A DNA stretch of 64,000 nucleotides from the NCBI GenBank assembly GCA_031362565.1, contig JANLSU010000047.1:13692-77691 (forward strand). The letters run 5' to 3'. Below are positions 9,786 through 18,477 of this stretch, piece after piece; the stretch's first letter is position 1; each line of letters begins with the position of its first letter. This DNA comes from a bacterium. Its GTDB lineage: Bacteria; Krumholzibacteriota; Krumholzibacteriia; G020349025. The notes beneath the pieces are model-generated. The model saw only the letters and a program-made list of their open reading frames with translations. It made no database searches and had not been told where the DNA came from. A program made the position numbers and the translations under genes.

Positions 9786-10496
9786 TCAGGCGGCACCGCG
9801 GGCCGTGACGACGGCACCGACGGTGCGCGCCAGAATCCGGAGGTCCAGCCACATGGAACGATGCCGCCAGTAGGCGATGTCGAGCCGCACGCGATCATCG
9901 AAGTCCAAGTCATTGCGCCCCGAAACCTGCCACAACCCCGTCAGTCCAGGCTGCAATTCGAGCCGCGCCGTATGCCAAGGCTTGTACGTACTCGAGGCGA
10001 ACGATGTCGGCCGCGGGCCCACCAGGCTCATCTCGCCACGCAGGATGTTCACCACTTGCGGTAGTTCGTCGAGGCTCGAACGGCGCAGGAAGCGGCCGAT
10101 GCGTGTCATGCGCGGGTCATCGTGAATCTTGAAGTCCGGATAGCTCAGTTCGTTCATATGCATGTACTGCTGTTTGAGCTCCTCGGCATTCGCATGCATG
10201 GTCCGGAGCTTGAGCATCTTGAAGCGCCTCCCGCCCTTGCCGGTTCGCACCTGCAGGAAGAACATCGGCCCCGGCGAATCCAACTTCACGAGCACGGCGC
10301 ACATCGCGACAAGTGGTAGCACCACGGGCAGCATCACGCTGGTGGCTGCGACATCGAGGGCGCGTTTGAGGGCCGGATAGGCGCGATCCGACCCGGGCGC
10401 GACATGGGCGGGGCGCGCGTACCAGGGCCCACGGCGGGTGTGGTAGGGAACCCCCGTTGCGGCATTGCTCTGAGAACGAAGTGGGATGGAAGTCAT
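9786..10496 (-). CDS. Bacterial sugar transferase (priming phosphoglycosyl transferase)
   Basis: [45 protein letters not shown] and [12 protein letters not shown] motifs. Confidence 0.95.
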   Translation of the reverse strand: MTSIPLRSQSNAATGVPYHTRRGPWYARPAHVAPGSDRAYPALKRALDVAATSVMLPVVLPLVAMCAVLVKLDSPGPMFFLQVRTGKGGRRFKMLKLRTMHANAEELKQQYMHMNELSYPDFKIHDDPRMTRIGRFLRRSSLDELPQVVNILRGEMSLVGPRPTSFASSTYKPWHTARLELQPGLTGLWQVSGRNDLDFDDRVRLDIAYWRHRSMWLDLRILARTVGAVVTARGAA

Positions 10497-10563
10497 GTGA
10501 CACCTTCGTGGGCTCGCGTGCAGCGAGCGTTCGTCCGCGTGCAGAATAGCACCGCACATCCGC

Positions 10564-10585
10564 GAGTGAAAGCTTGCTTTCACTC
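10564..10585. promoter_or_regulatory. Perfect inverted repeat, candidate operator in the divergent EPS promoter region
   Basis: GAGTGAAAGC-TT-GCTTTCACTC. Confidence 0.5.
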
Positions 10586-10697
10586 ACAAGTCAAATGGCA
10601 TGACGGATGGGGCGACGAAACGCGGCTTGAAGGCCTGTCCAAGATTACAAATTGTTCATTTCATACGTGTAATGTCGCGAAAAAACACGCCGCAAAC

Positions 10698-10726
10698 TTG
10701 ACCGCGCCGCGCCTGTTCGCTATGAT
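10698..10726 (+). promoter_or_regulatory. Sigma70-type promoter for the comA-led operon
   Basis: TTGACC-N17-TATGAT, about 135 bp upstream of the comA ATG. Confidence 0.6.
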
Positions 10727-10861
10727 CGCGAACACCAGCGACGCGACGACATGCCGCGGTCAACGGAAGTTCGTCGGCGCGGAAACCCTGCACACACGCG
10801 CACTCTCGACTCGGAACCGGTTCACGAGTGCAGCCGCACCGAAACATCAGGATTGCTCGAC

Positions 10862-11689
10862 ATGGAACCTTTCGCACCCAGACCAAACACGACGAGCTAC
10901 CTCCGTTCAATCGGTGTCCGTGACTTGCCGCCGCGGACATGTCCGTTCGACCCCGGGTATGACGCTCTGACTCTGCGCGGCCATCTCGAGCAAAGCGCGC
11001 ACTTGATGTCGACGCTCAAGATCTCGATGGCGTGCTGGCTGGTCGCGAAGGAACAGGTGACGCGCGAAAAGATCGCCATGGCGCGCCGGCATCGTGTCCC
11101 CACGGTCACCGGCGGCGGGCCGTTCGAGATCGCCGCCGCTCAAGGGCATGTGCGCGAGTATCTCGATTTGTGTGCCGACATCGGCGTGACGCGAATCGAA
11201 GCCGGCGAAGGGTTCACGGACCTGACGCTGGCTCCCGGCGCGGTCATGAGCATGGCGCGCGAGCGCGGGCTCGAGGTGCAGTTCGAGCTGGGGAAGAAGC
11301 ATGCCGGGGCGTTCGACAGCGGCATGGTCGGCGACCTCATCGACCAGGGCCGCAGCTGGCTGGACGCTGGAGCGGTGCAACTGGTCATCGAGGCCCGCGA
11401 AAGTGCTGCGGGTGTCGGCCTGTTCGACATTTCTGGAGCCCTGAACCGGGCGTTCGCGGACCGCTTTGTGAGCGCCTTCGGTTTCGAGGTCGCGGTATTC
11501 GAAGCGCCGAACAAGCCGAGCCAGTTTGCGCTGCTCGAACATTTTGGATCCGAAGTGCACCTGAGCAACGTGCGCCTCGAGGAATTGTTACGGGTTGAAA
11601 TCTACCGGCGGGGATTGCACTCGGATGCGTTCGAGAAGGCAAATCTGCGGCCGCGCGTTCCCGGCGAGGAAACTCCTGCACGCGCTTGA
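10862..11689 (+). CDS. comA: Phosphosulfolactate synthase (ComA family)
   Basis: GGGPFE, ELGKK, IEARES, FEAPNKPSQ and HLSNV...VEIYRRGLHSDAF match the ComA TIM-barrel pattern. Confidence 0.85.
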   Translation: MEPFAPRPNTTSYLRSIGVRDLPPRTCPFDPGYDALTLRGHLEQSAHLMSTLKISMACWLVAKEQVTREKIAMARRHRVPTVTGGGPFEIAAAQGHVREYLDLCADIGVTRIEAGEGFTDLTLAPGAVMSMARERGLEVQFELGKKHAGAFDSGMVGDLIDQGRSWLDAGAVQLVIEARESAAGVGLFDISGALNRAFADRFVSAFGFEVAVFEAPNKPSQFALLEHFGSEVHLSNVRLEELLRVEIYRRGLHSDAFEKANLRPRVPGEETPARA

Positions 11690-11731
11690 GCCAGCGGAAC
11701 GCACCGAGTCCCGGAGGAGGGTCGTACCAGC

Positions 11732-12469
11732 GTGAATCACATCGTACGCGTCGATTGTTTCAACGATGACCTGCCGTTATACGGCGACGACTACGCAGTC
11801 ATCGCTGTGGATGTGATGCGTTCCACGACGACAGCGGTCACCGCGGTCGCGACGGGACGCCGCTGTTTTCCAGTGGCCTCAATCGAAGGCGCACTACGCC
11901 TCGCGAGCGTGTTGCCCAATGCCCTGCTCGTGGGCGAGCAGGGCGGTGGCATGCCCTACGGCTTCGCCTTCACGAACAGTCCGTACGAAATGCACCGCCG
12001 TGACTATGACCTGAGCCGTCCGGCGGTCTTGCTGTCGAGTTCGGGGACCAAGCTCCTTTGCGCCGCTGCCGAGCGTCATGCGACCGTCTATGCAGCTTGC
12101 CTACGCAATGCCCGCGCGACGGCCGCATGGGTGGCGGCGCATCATACCCATGTGGCAATTGTCGGGGCCGGCACCCGCGGTGAGTTCCGCGAGGAAGACC
12201 AGCTGGCCTGCGCCTGGATTGCCGCGACCCTGGTGACGCACGGATTCGAAGCCGGCGCCCTGGCCGCCGCCATCATCGAGCGCTGGCAGTCGGCGCCGGT
12301 GCACCTGATTGCCGATGGCAAGAGTGCCGCATACCTGCGTCGATCCGGACAAACCTTCGACCTGCATTTTGTCCTCTCGCATATCAACGACCTCGACCTG
12401 GTGTGCGCGTTGCAAAACGACGAGATCGTCGTCGCGGACCGCGTGCCGATCCAAGAGGTGGCGGCATGA
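11732..12469 (+). CDS. comB: 2-phosphosulfolactate phosphatase (ComB family)
   Basis: VDVMRSTTT, GEQGG...GF...NSP, SSSGT, ACLRNARA and AG..GEFREED motifs. Confidence 0.9.
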   Translation: MNHIVRVDCFNDDLPLYGDDYAVIAVDVMRSTTTAVTAVATGRRCFPVASIEGALRLASVLPNALLVGEQGGGMPYGFAFTNSPYEMHRRDYDLSRPAVLLSSSGTKLLCAAAERHATVYAACLRNARATAAWVAAHHTHVAIVGAGTRGEFREEDQLACAWIAATLVTHGFEAGALAAAIIERWQSAPVHLIADGKSAAYLRRSGQTFDLHFVLSHINDLDLVCALQNDEIVVADRVPIQEVAA

Positions 12470-13746
12470 AGGAGCCATGGCGTGCGATACAGCGCTCGAC
12501 TCCGGTGCTGCTTCTCAAAGGGGTCGCGGACCCTCTGCAGCAGTCGGGGGTGGCGATCGCGCGCAGCCTGGGGCGGCTCGGCGTCGCGGTGCACGGTGTG
12601 TACGATGCCGTCGATGTTCCCGGCGCCCGGTCGCGCTACGTCCAAAGCCGCAGCGCCTGGGATGTGGCACGGTCGGCGCGGGAAGCAACGCTGCGGCACT
12701 TGCGAGACCGGGCTGACGATATTGGCGGCGTACCGCTGCTCATCCCGACCGACGATGTCGCGACCCTGTTCGTCGACGAACAGGCCGACACCTTGCGCCT
12801 GACGTTCGGGTTTCCCGGCCAACCGCGTGGCCTGCCGCGCCAACTCGCCGACAAGCGGTCGATGCAAATGCTTTGCGCCGCGCACGGCGTCGACACCGCA
12901 CGCTGTGCCTATCCAACGTCGCGCCGCGATCTGTTGCACATTCTCCAGGACTGGCAGTTCCCGGCCGTGCTGAAGAGCATGGACCCGGCACTGCTGCGCC
13001 AGCGTCCTGGGGCGAAGAGCGTCACGATCGCGGCCACCGCACCGGAACTCCTTGCCGCCTATGACGCGATGGAAGTGCCGGGACATCCGAACCTTATGCT
13101 GCAGGAATACATTCCCGGGGACGCCGAGTCGGTGTGGATGTTCAACGGCTATTTCGATGCGGATTCGGATTGTCTGTTCGGAGTCACCGGCCGAAAAATC
13201 CGTCAGAGCCCGCCGCATACCGGCGCGACCTCGCTTGGAGTCTGCCTCCATAACGGCGTCGTGTTCGAGAAAACGCGGCGGTTCATGAAGGCGATCGGCT
13301 ATCAGGGCAGCCTCGATCTCGGGTTCCGGTATGACCTGCGGGACGGCCGCTACAAGTTGCTCGACGTCAATCCGCGCATCGGCGCCACCTTCCGGCTCTT
13401 CGTCGACGCCAACGGCATGGACGTGGCGCGCGCTCAGTACCTGGATCACACCGGACAGCCGGTTCCCGCTTCGGCGCCGGTTCCGGGGCGCCGCTGGCTG
13501 GTCGAAATGCGCGACTTGAGCTCGGCGCACCAACTGCGGCGCGCGGATGAACTCACGGCGTGGTCCTGGCTCCGCTCGTATGCCGGCGTGCGCGAGACGG
13601 CGTGGTTTGCCGCCGACGACATGGGCCCCTTCCGCGCCGTGCTCGGCTACTACATGTCGCGCGCCGTTCGCCGGTCGCAAGCCCCGGCGCAAGCCCGCGA
13701 GCGCGGCCCGCGGATGCAGATCGCTCCCAAGGTGGTGCGCCCATGA
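12466..13746 (+). CDS. ATP-grasp carboxylate-amine ligase (D-aspartate-ligase-like family)
   Basis: IARSLGRLGV, LIPTDD, FPAVLK, LQEYIPG and DLRDGRYKLLDVNPR motifs; ATGA overlap with comB. Confidence 0.85.
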   Translation: MKEPWRAIQRSTPVLLLKGVADPLQQSGVAIARSLGRLGVAVHGVYDAVDVPGARSRYVQSRSAWDVARSAREATLRHLRDRADDIGGVPLLIPTDDVATLFVDEQADTLRLTFGFPGQPRGLPRQLADKRSMQMLCAAHGVDTARCAYPTSRRDLLHILQDWQFPAVLKSMDPALLRQRPGAKSVTIAATAPELLAAYDAMEVPGHPNLMLQEYIPGDAESVWMFNGYFDADSDCLFGVTGRKIRQSPPHTGATSLGVCLHNGVVFEKTRRFMKAIGYQGSLDLGFRYDLRDGRYKLLDVNPRIGATFRLFVDANGMDVARAQYLDHTGQPVPASAPVPGRRWLVEMRDLSSAHQLRRADELTAWSWLRSYAGVRETAWFAADDMGPFRAVLGYYMSRAVRRSQAPAQARERGPRMQIAPKVVRP

Positions 13747-14282
13747 AAACGGCACTGCATGGCGAATACCGTTGCCGTCGCACCGTCGCTCTGGTGCTTC
13801 GCACCTGGGTGGGCGCGGTCGCGCTGTGGGCATTGCAGGGCGCGCCGCGTGCGTGCGCTCAGGAAGACAATCGCTATTTGCTCGGACAGGACCGGCAACT
13901 CGAAATGATCGTCCATATCATTGGTGAAGTGAAGGCGCCGGGTGAGTACCGGGTGCACGACAACACGACCGCTCTCGAACTGCTGTCCAAAGCCGGCGGC
14001 CCGACGGAGTTCGCGAACCTGGGCGCCATCCTCATTCGCCATACCCAACCGGGCGGCCCGGGCGCCGCCCTGGCTGCCGGGCCGTCAGTTCAGAAGATCA
14101 ACTTGGGGAAATACCTGCACGACAGCACCGCCACGCCACCGCCGGTCTTGCAACCGGGCGACTTTGTCTCCGTCCCCGGCAATCGCTGGCGGACCTGGCG
14201 CAGCGGTTTCTCGGTCGTGCGTGACCTCGCCGTGGTGGCTTCGGCCTATTTTCTTTATCTCCGAGCCCACAACAACAACTGA
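13743..14282 (+). CDS. SLBB-domain polysaccharide export protein (short Wza-like)
   Basis: Signal peptide; VHIIGEVKAPGEY, LSKAGGPTEFAN and LQPGDFVSVP motifs; C-terminal amphipathic helix. Confidence 0.8.
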   Translation: MKTALHGEYRCRRTVALVLRTWVGAVALWALQGAPRACAQEDNRYLLGQDRQLEMIVHIIGEVKAPGEYRVHDNTTALELLSKAGGPTEFANLGAILIRHTQPGGPGAALAAGPSVQKINLGKYLHDSTATPPPVLQPGDFVSVPGNRWRTWRSGFSVVRDLAVVASAYFLYLRAHNNN

Positions 14283-14294
14283 TGAGGAGGGTGG

Positions 14295-16562
14295 ATGCGT
14301 TCCCGCGAAGCAGATCTCATCATGGCCCGGCTGCGGCGGGCCTTCCGGCGCCGCAAACGCTGGATCGTGGCGTGCACCGCCATCACGTTGTTGCCGATCG
14401 TCGCCTACAACGAGCTGAGTACGCCCGTCTACGAAGCGACGACGTCGATCGTGTTCGACGATGCATCGAATGCCCCGACCGGCAGCAATGAAGCACTGCG
14501 GGCCCGCGATATCGCCATCGCTAACCGGGTGCAGGAGTTATCGAGCTACTCGTTTGCGGCCGAGGTCGCAGCGACGATCGCTCCCGAGCACTTGCAGCGC
14601 ATCCCGCCGCCGCGCGATCCGAAGCCCGACTTCGATTCGAAGCGCTACGTCATCGATACGATTCGCGAGAGCATCACCGCCGAGCCGGTGCGTAATTCCA
14701 ACATCATCACGTTGGGTGTCGTTCTTCCGGACGCCGAGCTGGCGACCGAAGTCGCCAACGCCGCTGGACACATCTACGAATTGCGTTCACAGCGGATCAA
14801 GCAGGAGGGCGTCGGCGGTTTGCGTCAATTCATCGAGCAACAGCTCGAGCGCACCCGGACGCAGCTCGAGCAAGCCGAGAATGACCTGAAAACGTACAAG
14901 GAAAAGAATCAAATCACGTCGTTCGACAGCGAAACGCAGGAAGTGCTGCGGCGCGTCACGGATGCCGAGGTGCTCTACAACGGCGCCATCTCCAAGCGGC
15001 GCTCCCTGGAAGATAAATTGACGGCAGCCCAGAAACAGATCGAGTCGCAGCGCCAGGGTCTCGTGGCCGCAGTCACCGAGGCGACCACGCCGCGCGCCCA
15101 ACGCCTCAAGGAGAAGCTCGTCGGCCTGCAACTGCAGTACACCGATCTCCAAGTCCAGAACTACGCGCTCAACCACCCCAAGATGGTGCAGCTCGAGAAG
15201 GAGCTCGGAGACACCAAGGCGAGCCTCACGGAGGAGGCTCGCAAGATCGCCGTCGGCCTGACCGTGGCCGACCCAATCGCCCAGATGGAACAGTTGATCA
15301 GCGATTCCGTGTCGATGGGAATCGAGGTGCAGGCACTGCGGGCCCAGGAAGGTGCCTTGCAGAAGATCATCCATCAGTATGACGCCGACATGGGCAAGCT
15401 GCCCGAACGCGAGTTCAACCTGGCGCGCTTGACGCGCGACCGCGATGTTGGGCAAAAGGTGTATTCCATGCTGCGCGAGCGTCTCGAGGACAGCAAGATC
15501 AACGAGGCTCAGAACCTCCCGAGCCTGCGCGTCCTGGATGCGGCGATGCTGCCCCAGGATCCGCTGCGGCCACGCAAGGCGATCAATCTCGCGATTGGCA
15601 TCGTCCTCGGCCTGATCTTTGGAATCGGCGCGGCGTTCGCGCGCGAAAATCTCGGTACGGGAGTCGATCATACCGGCGAGATCGAATCGCTGACCGGATG
15701 GCCGTTCTTGGCATCGATCCCGCGGGTGGAGCACTTGGCGCGTGGCACCGTCGGGCACGCCAAAGGGATGGGCGCTGCCGATGCCCGGCGCATGCGGCGT
15801 GCCCTCCTGTCGCTCACCGATCCTAATTGCGGTGGGGCGGAAGCCTATCGCATGTTGCGAACCAATCTGCAGTTCCGCGGTTTCGGCAAGGACTTCAACA
15901 GCCTTGCCGTAACCAGCGTTAGTTCCACCGACGGCAAGTCGATGACCGCCTCGAACCTGGCGATCGCCTCGGCGGCGGTCGGCCTGCGCACTCTGCTCGT
16001 GGATGCCGAGGTGCGCCGGCCGGGCATGCACACGGTGTTCGGCGTCGATCTCGTGCCGGGTGTCAGTGACCTGATGAACGCGCGCCTACGAGATGCAGCA
16101 GCCGAACGTCCCTGGCGCGAAGCCTCTGCCGCCGCGAATGGCGGCCCGGTGGCCACCAAGACCACTACGGCGGCTACGACCGCGACGAACGACTTCGTGC
16201 GCCGCACGGCACTGCCCAACCTGTCGATTCTCACCGCCGGAACCCCGATCGACAACGTGCATGAAGCCATCTCGCGTTGGGCAGCGGACCTCGCCCGGCT
16301 GCTGGCGACCTTGAAGCAGGACTACGACATCGTGATTCTCGACTCACCGCCGCTTGGAATCGTGCATGACGCCGCGGTGCTGGCCCAGCTCGCCGATCGC
16401 GTCCTGTTCGTGGTCAATGGCCTGCGCGTCGATGCAGAGCAACTCCAGAACGCCAAGCGGCTCCTCGATGGGGCCGGGGCCCGCGTCGTCGGGTCGGTGC
16501 TGAATCACATGGACCCCTACGGCGTGTACGAGAGGAGCCCGTACTTCCAAACGACGGCTTGA
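14295..16562 (+). CDS. Polysaccharide co-polymerase / BY tyrosine kinase (Wzc/GumC-like)
   Basis: Two TM helices around a coiled coil; EAYRMLRTNL, TS....DGKS, LVDAEVRRP and ILDSPP motifs; three Tyr in the C-terminal tail. Confidence 0.92.
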   Translation: MRSREADLIMARLRRAFRRRKRWIVACTAITLLPIVAYNELSTPVYEATTSIVFDDASNAPTGSNEALRARDIAIANRVQELSSYSFAAEVAATIAPEHLQRIPPPRDPKPDFDSKRYVIDTIRESITAEPVRNSNIITLGVVLPDAELATEVANAAGHIYELRSQRIKQEGVGGLRQFIEQQLERTRTQLEQAENDLKTYKEKNQITSFDSETQEVLRRVTDAEVLYNGAISKRRSLEDKLTAAQKQIESQRQGLVAAVTEATTPRAQRLKEKLVGLQLQYTDLQVQNYALNHPKMVQLEKELGDTKASLTEEARKIAVGLTVADPIAQMEQLISDSVSMGIEVQALRAQEGALQKIIHQYDADMGKLPEREFNLARLTRDRDVGQKVYSMLRERLEDSKINEAQNLPSLRVLDAAMLPQDPLRPRKAINLAIGIVLGLIFGIGAAFARENLGTGVDHTGEIESLTGWPFLASIPRVEHLARGTVGHAKGMGAADARRMRRALLSLTDPNCGGAEAYRMLRTNLQFRGFGKDFNSLAVTSVSSTDGKSMTASNLAIASAAVGLRTLLVDAEVRRPGMHTVFGVDLVPGVSDLMNARLRDAAAERPWREASAAANGGPVATKTTTAATTATNDFVRRTALPNLSILTAGTPIDNVHEAISRWAADLARLLATLKQDYDIVILDSPPLGIVHDAAVLAQLADRVLFVVNGLRVDAEQLQNAKRLLDGAGARVVGSVLNHMDPYGVYERSPYFQTTA

Positions 16563-16607
16563 ACTGGTGCGCCTCAGGATGAAACACCCAAGGATGCCAC
16601 GAAGGTA

Positions 16608-17273
16608 GTGCCAAGTCCCATGAACACGTTCCGCGACATTCCACCCCTCGTCCTCCTCACTTCGGTGATTGCGCTTCTTGGCAGCGCGGTGGTGATCTTC
16701 GCGACGCGCCGAATTGCCCGTGATCTCGTTGCCGCCTTCTGGACGCCGGATTCCGGACTCCCGACGTACCGCAAATGGCTCGACGTTTTGCATCGCGAGC
16801 TGAACCGCGCGCGCCGCTATCACCACCCGCTCGCAGTGGTCGTGACCCGCCTGACCGACAGCGGCTCTCTCGGTGACGTGAGCCGTGAGCGCGCCTCGGC
16901 ATCGCGGCGCCGGCAGCTGGCGACGATGCGGGCCGGGTTCTTGATGCGTGAATTGCTGCGCGACACCGACGTGGTCACGTACGACCCGGCGGACAACAGG
17001 TTTGTCTTGCTGCTCACGGAAACCGATCCGGCCCAGGCGCGCGCCGCCATGGCCCGTCTCGATGCCATTGTCCTCGAGCGCGCCGGGGCTCGCCTCCGAA
17101 GTGGGATTGCAATGTTCCCGGCGGATGGCCTCATCACCGAGGACTTGGTGATGCTGGCGTCGGCCCATTGCGCGGGAGAAAAGGCCGGCACGCCGATCAG
17201 TGCGCTCGCGAAATACCCGGCGGCAGCCGCGGCGATCGCCACCGTGAAGCCCAACGCGGCACGGACTGCCTGA
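16608..17273 (+). CDS. Membrane-anchored degenerate GGDEF-like protein
   Basis: N-terminal TM; RELNRARRYHHPLAVV, LLRDTDVV (RxxD), RFVLLLTETD and SGIAMFPADG motifs; GG(D/E)EF absent. Confidence 0.75.
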   Translation: MPSPMNTFRDIPPLVLLTSVIALLGSAVVIFATRRIARDLVAAFWTPDSGLPTYRKWLDVLHRELNRARRYHHPLAVVVTRLTDSGSLGDVSRERASASRRRQLATMRAGFLMRELLRDTDVVTYDPADNRFVLLLTETDPAQARAAMARLDAIVLERAGARLRSGIAMFPADGLITEDLVMLASAHCAGEKAGTPISALAKYPAAAAAIATVKPNAARTA

Positions 17274-17283
17274 GGAGAGCGAC

Positions 17284-18477
17284 GTGGACATCAACCCGCC
17301 GGCGGTCGCACTCGTCGTCTTCGTGGGGTCGGTGGCCGTGCTCGCCTATGTCTATGTTGGCTTTCCACTTCTGGTCCTGCTGTGGGGTGCAGTCCGGCCG
17401 CGCCGCGTTCACATCGCTGCCGTCACCCCCCGCGTCAGTTTGATCATCGCGGCGCACAACGAAGCGGCAAGTGCCACCGCCAAGGTGCAAAACTGCCTCG
17501 ATGTCGACTATCCGCCCGCGGCAATCGAAGTGGTGTTCGCAAGCGATGGTTCCACCGACCGCACGGAAGAGATCGTGCGCCGCTTCGCGGCGCGCGGCGT
17601 CCGGCTCCTATCTCTGCCGCGCCAGGGCAAGCTGGCGGCGGTGCACGCCGCCGTCGAGGCTTCGACGGGCGAGATTCTCGTGTTCTCCGATGCCAACACG
17701 TACTTTCATCCCGACGCGGTGCGCATGCTGGCGCGCAACTTCGCCGATCCGGCAGTCGGCGGCGTGTGTGGGAATCTGCAAGTCCGCTCCCGCGACCGCG
17801 GCCGCGACCGCGCCGATTCGAGCGGCGCCGGCGAGTCCTGGTATTGGGAACTCGACAAGGCATTGAAACGCATGCAAAGCCGCAGCGGCAGTATCGTGGC
17901 CGCGGACGGGGCGATCTACGCCATCCGGCGCCATCTGTACACGCGGCCGGAACACACGGCAGTGACCGATGATTTTGCGATCTCGACCGGCGTCGTGGCG
18001 CGCGGCTACCGCTTGGTCTTCGAGCCTGAGGCGCTGGCGTGGGAACCGAGCGCCGGCCGCGCCGGCCTGGAGTTCTCGCGCAAAGTGCGCATCGTCAATC
18101 GCGGTCTGCGCGGCGTGCTGCTGCGCCGCCAACTCCTGAACCCGCGCCGTTATGGGTTCTATGCGGTCATCCTGTTCTCGCACAAAGTACTGCGGCGTGT
18201 GGCGCCGCTCTTTCTCATGAGTCTCTTGGCGAGCACTCTGGCGCTCGCCGCCCACGGGACAGGATTCGCGATCGCGCTCTATGCACAGTTGGCGTTCTAC
18301 GCCACGGCGCTGGCGGGTTGGATGCTGCGAGGCAGGGCGTTTGGCCGCCAAAAGCTGCTGCTCGCGCCCTTTTACTACTGTCTCGCCAATGCCGCGGCGC
18401 TCGCCGGTTTGTGTTCGCTCGCCACCGGACAGCGCATCGAGCGTTGGGAGCCGCAGCGTACGGGGGCCGCGTCATGA
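17284..18477 (+). CDS. Family 2 glycosyltransferase with TM helices
   Basis: VSLIIAAHNE, SDGSTDRT, FSDAN, GAIYAIRR and TDDF motifs. Confidence 0.92.
   Translation: MDINPPAVALVVFVGSVAVLAYVYVGFPLLVLLWGAVRPRRVHIAAVTPRVSLIIAAHNEAASATAKVQNCLDVDYPPAAIEVVFASDGSTDRTEEIVRRFAARGVRLLSLPRQGKLAAVHAAVEASTGEILVFSDANTYFHPDAVRMLARNFADPAVGGVCGNLQVRSRDRGRDRADSSGAGESWYWELDKALKRMQSRSGSIVAADGAIYAIRRHLYTRPEHTAVTDDFAISTGVVARGYRLVFEPEALAWEPSAGRAGLEFSRKVRIVNRGLRGVLLRRQLLNPRRYGFYAVILFSHKVLRRVAPLFLMSLLASTLALAAHGTGFAIALYAQLAFYATALAGWMLRGRAFGRQKLLLAPFYYCLANAAALAGLCSLATGQRIERWEPQRTGAAS

Noticed and set aside
10862..12469. Coenzyme M biosynthesis / methanogenesis interpretation of comA-comB
   Set aside because: No comC/comDE or CoM-dependent genes in the window; the context is a bacterial polysaccharide operon.
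18039..18473. N-terminal extension of the Wzx-Wzy ORF given in the ORF track
   Set aside because: It overlaps the GT2 gene. The ATGA-coupled start at 18474 fits better. Similar over-extensions were trimmed for other genes.
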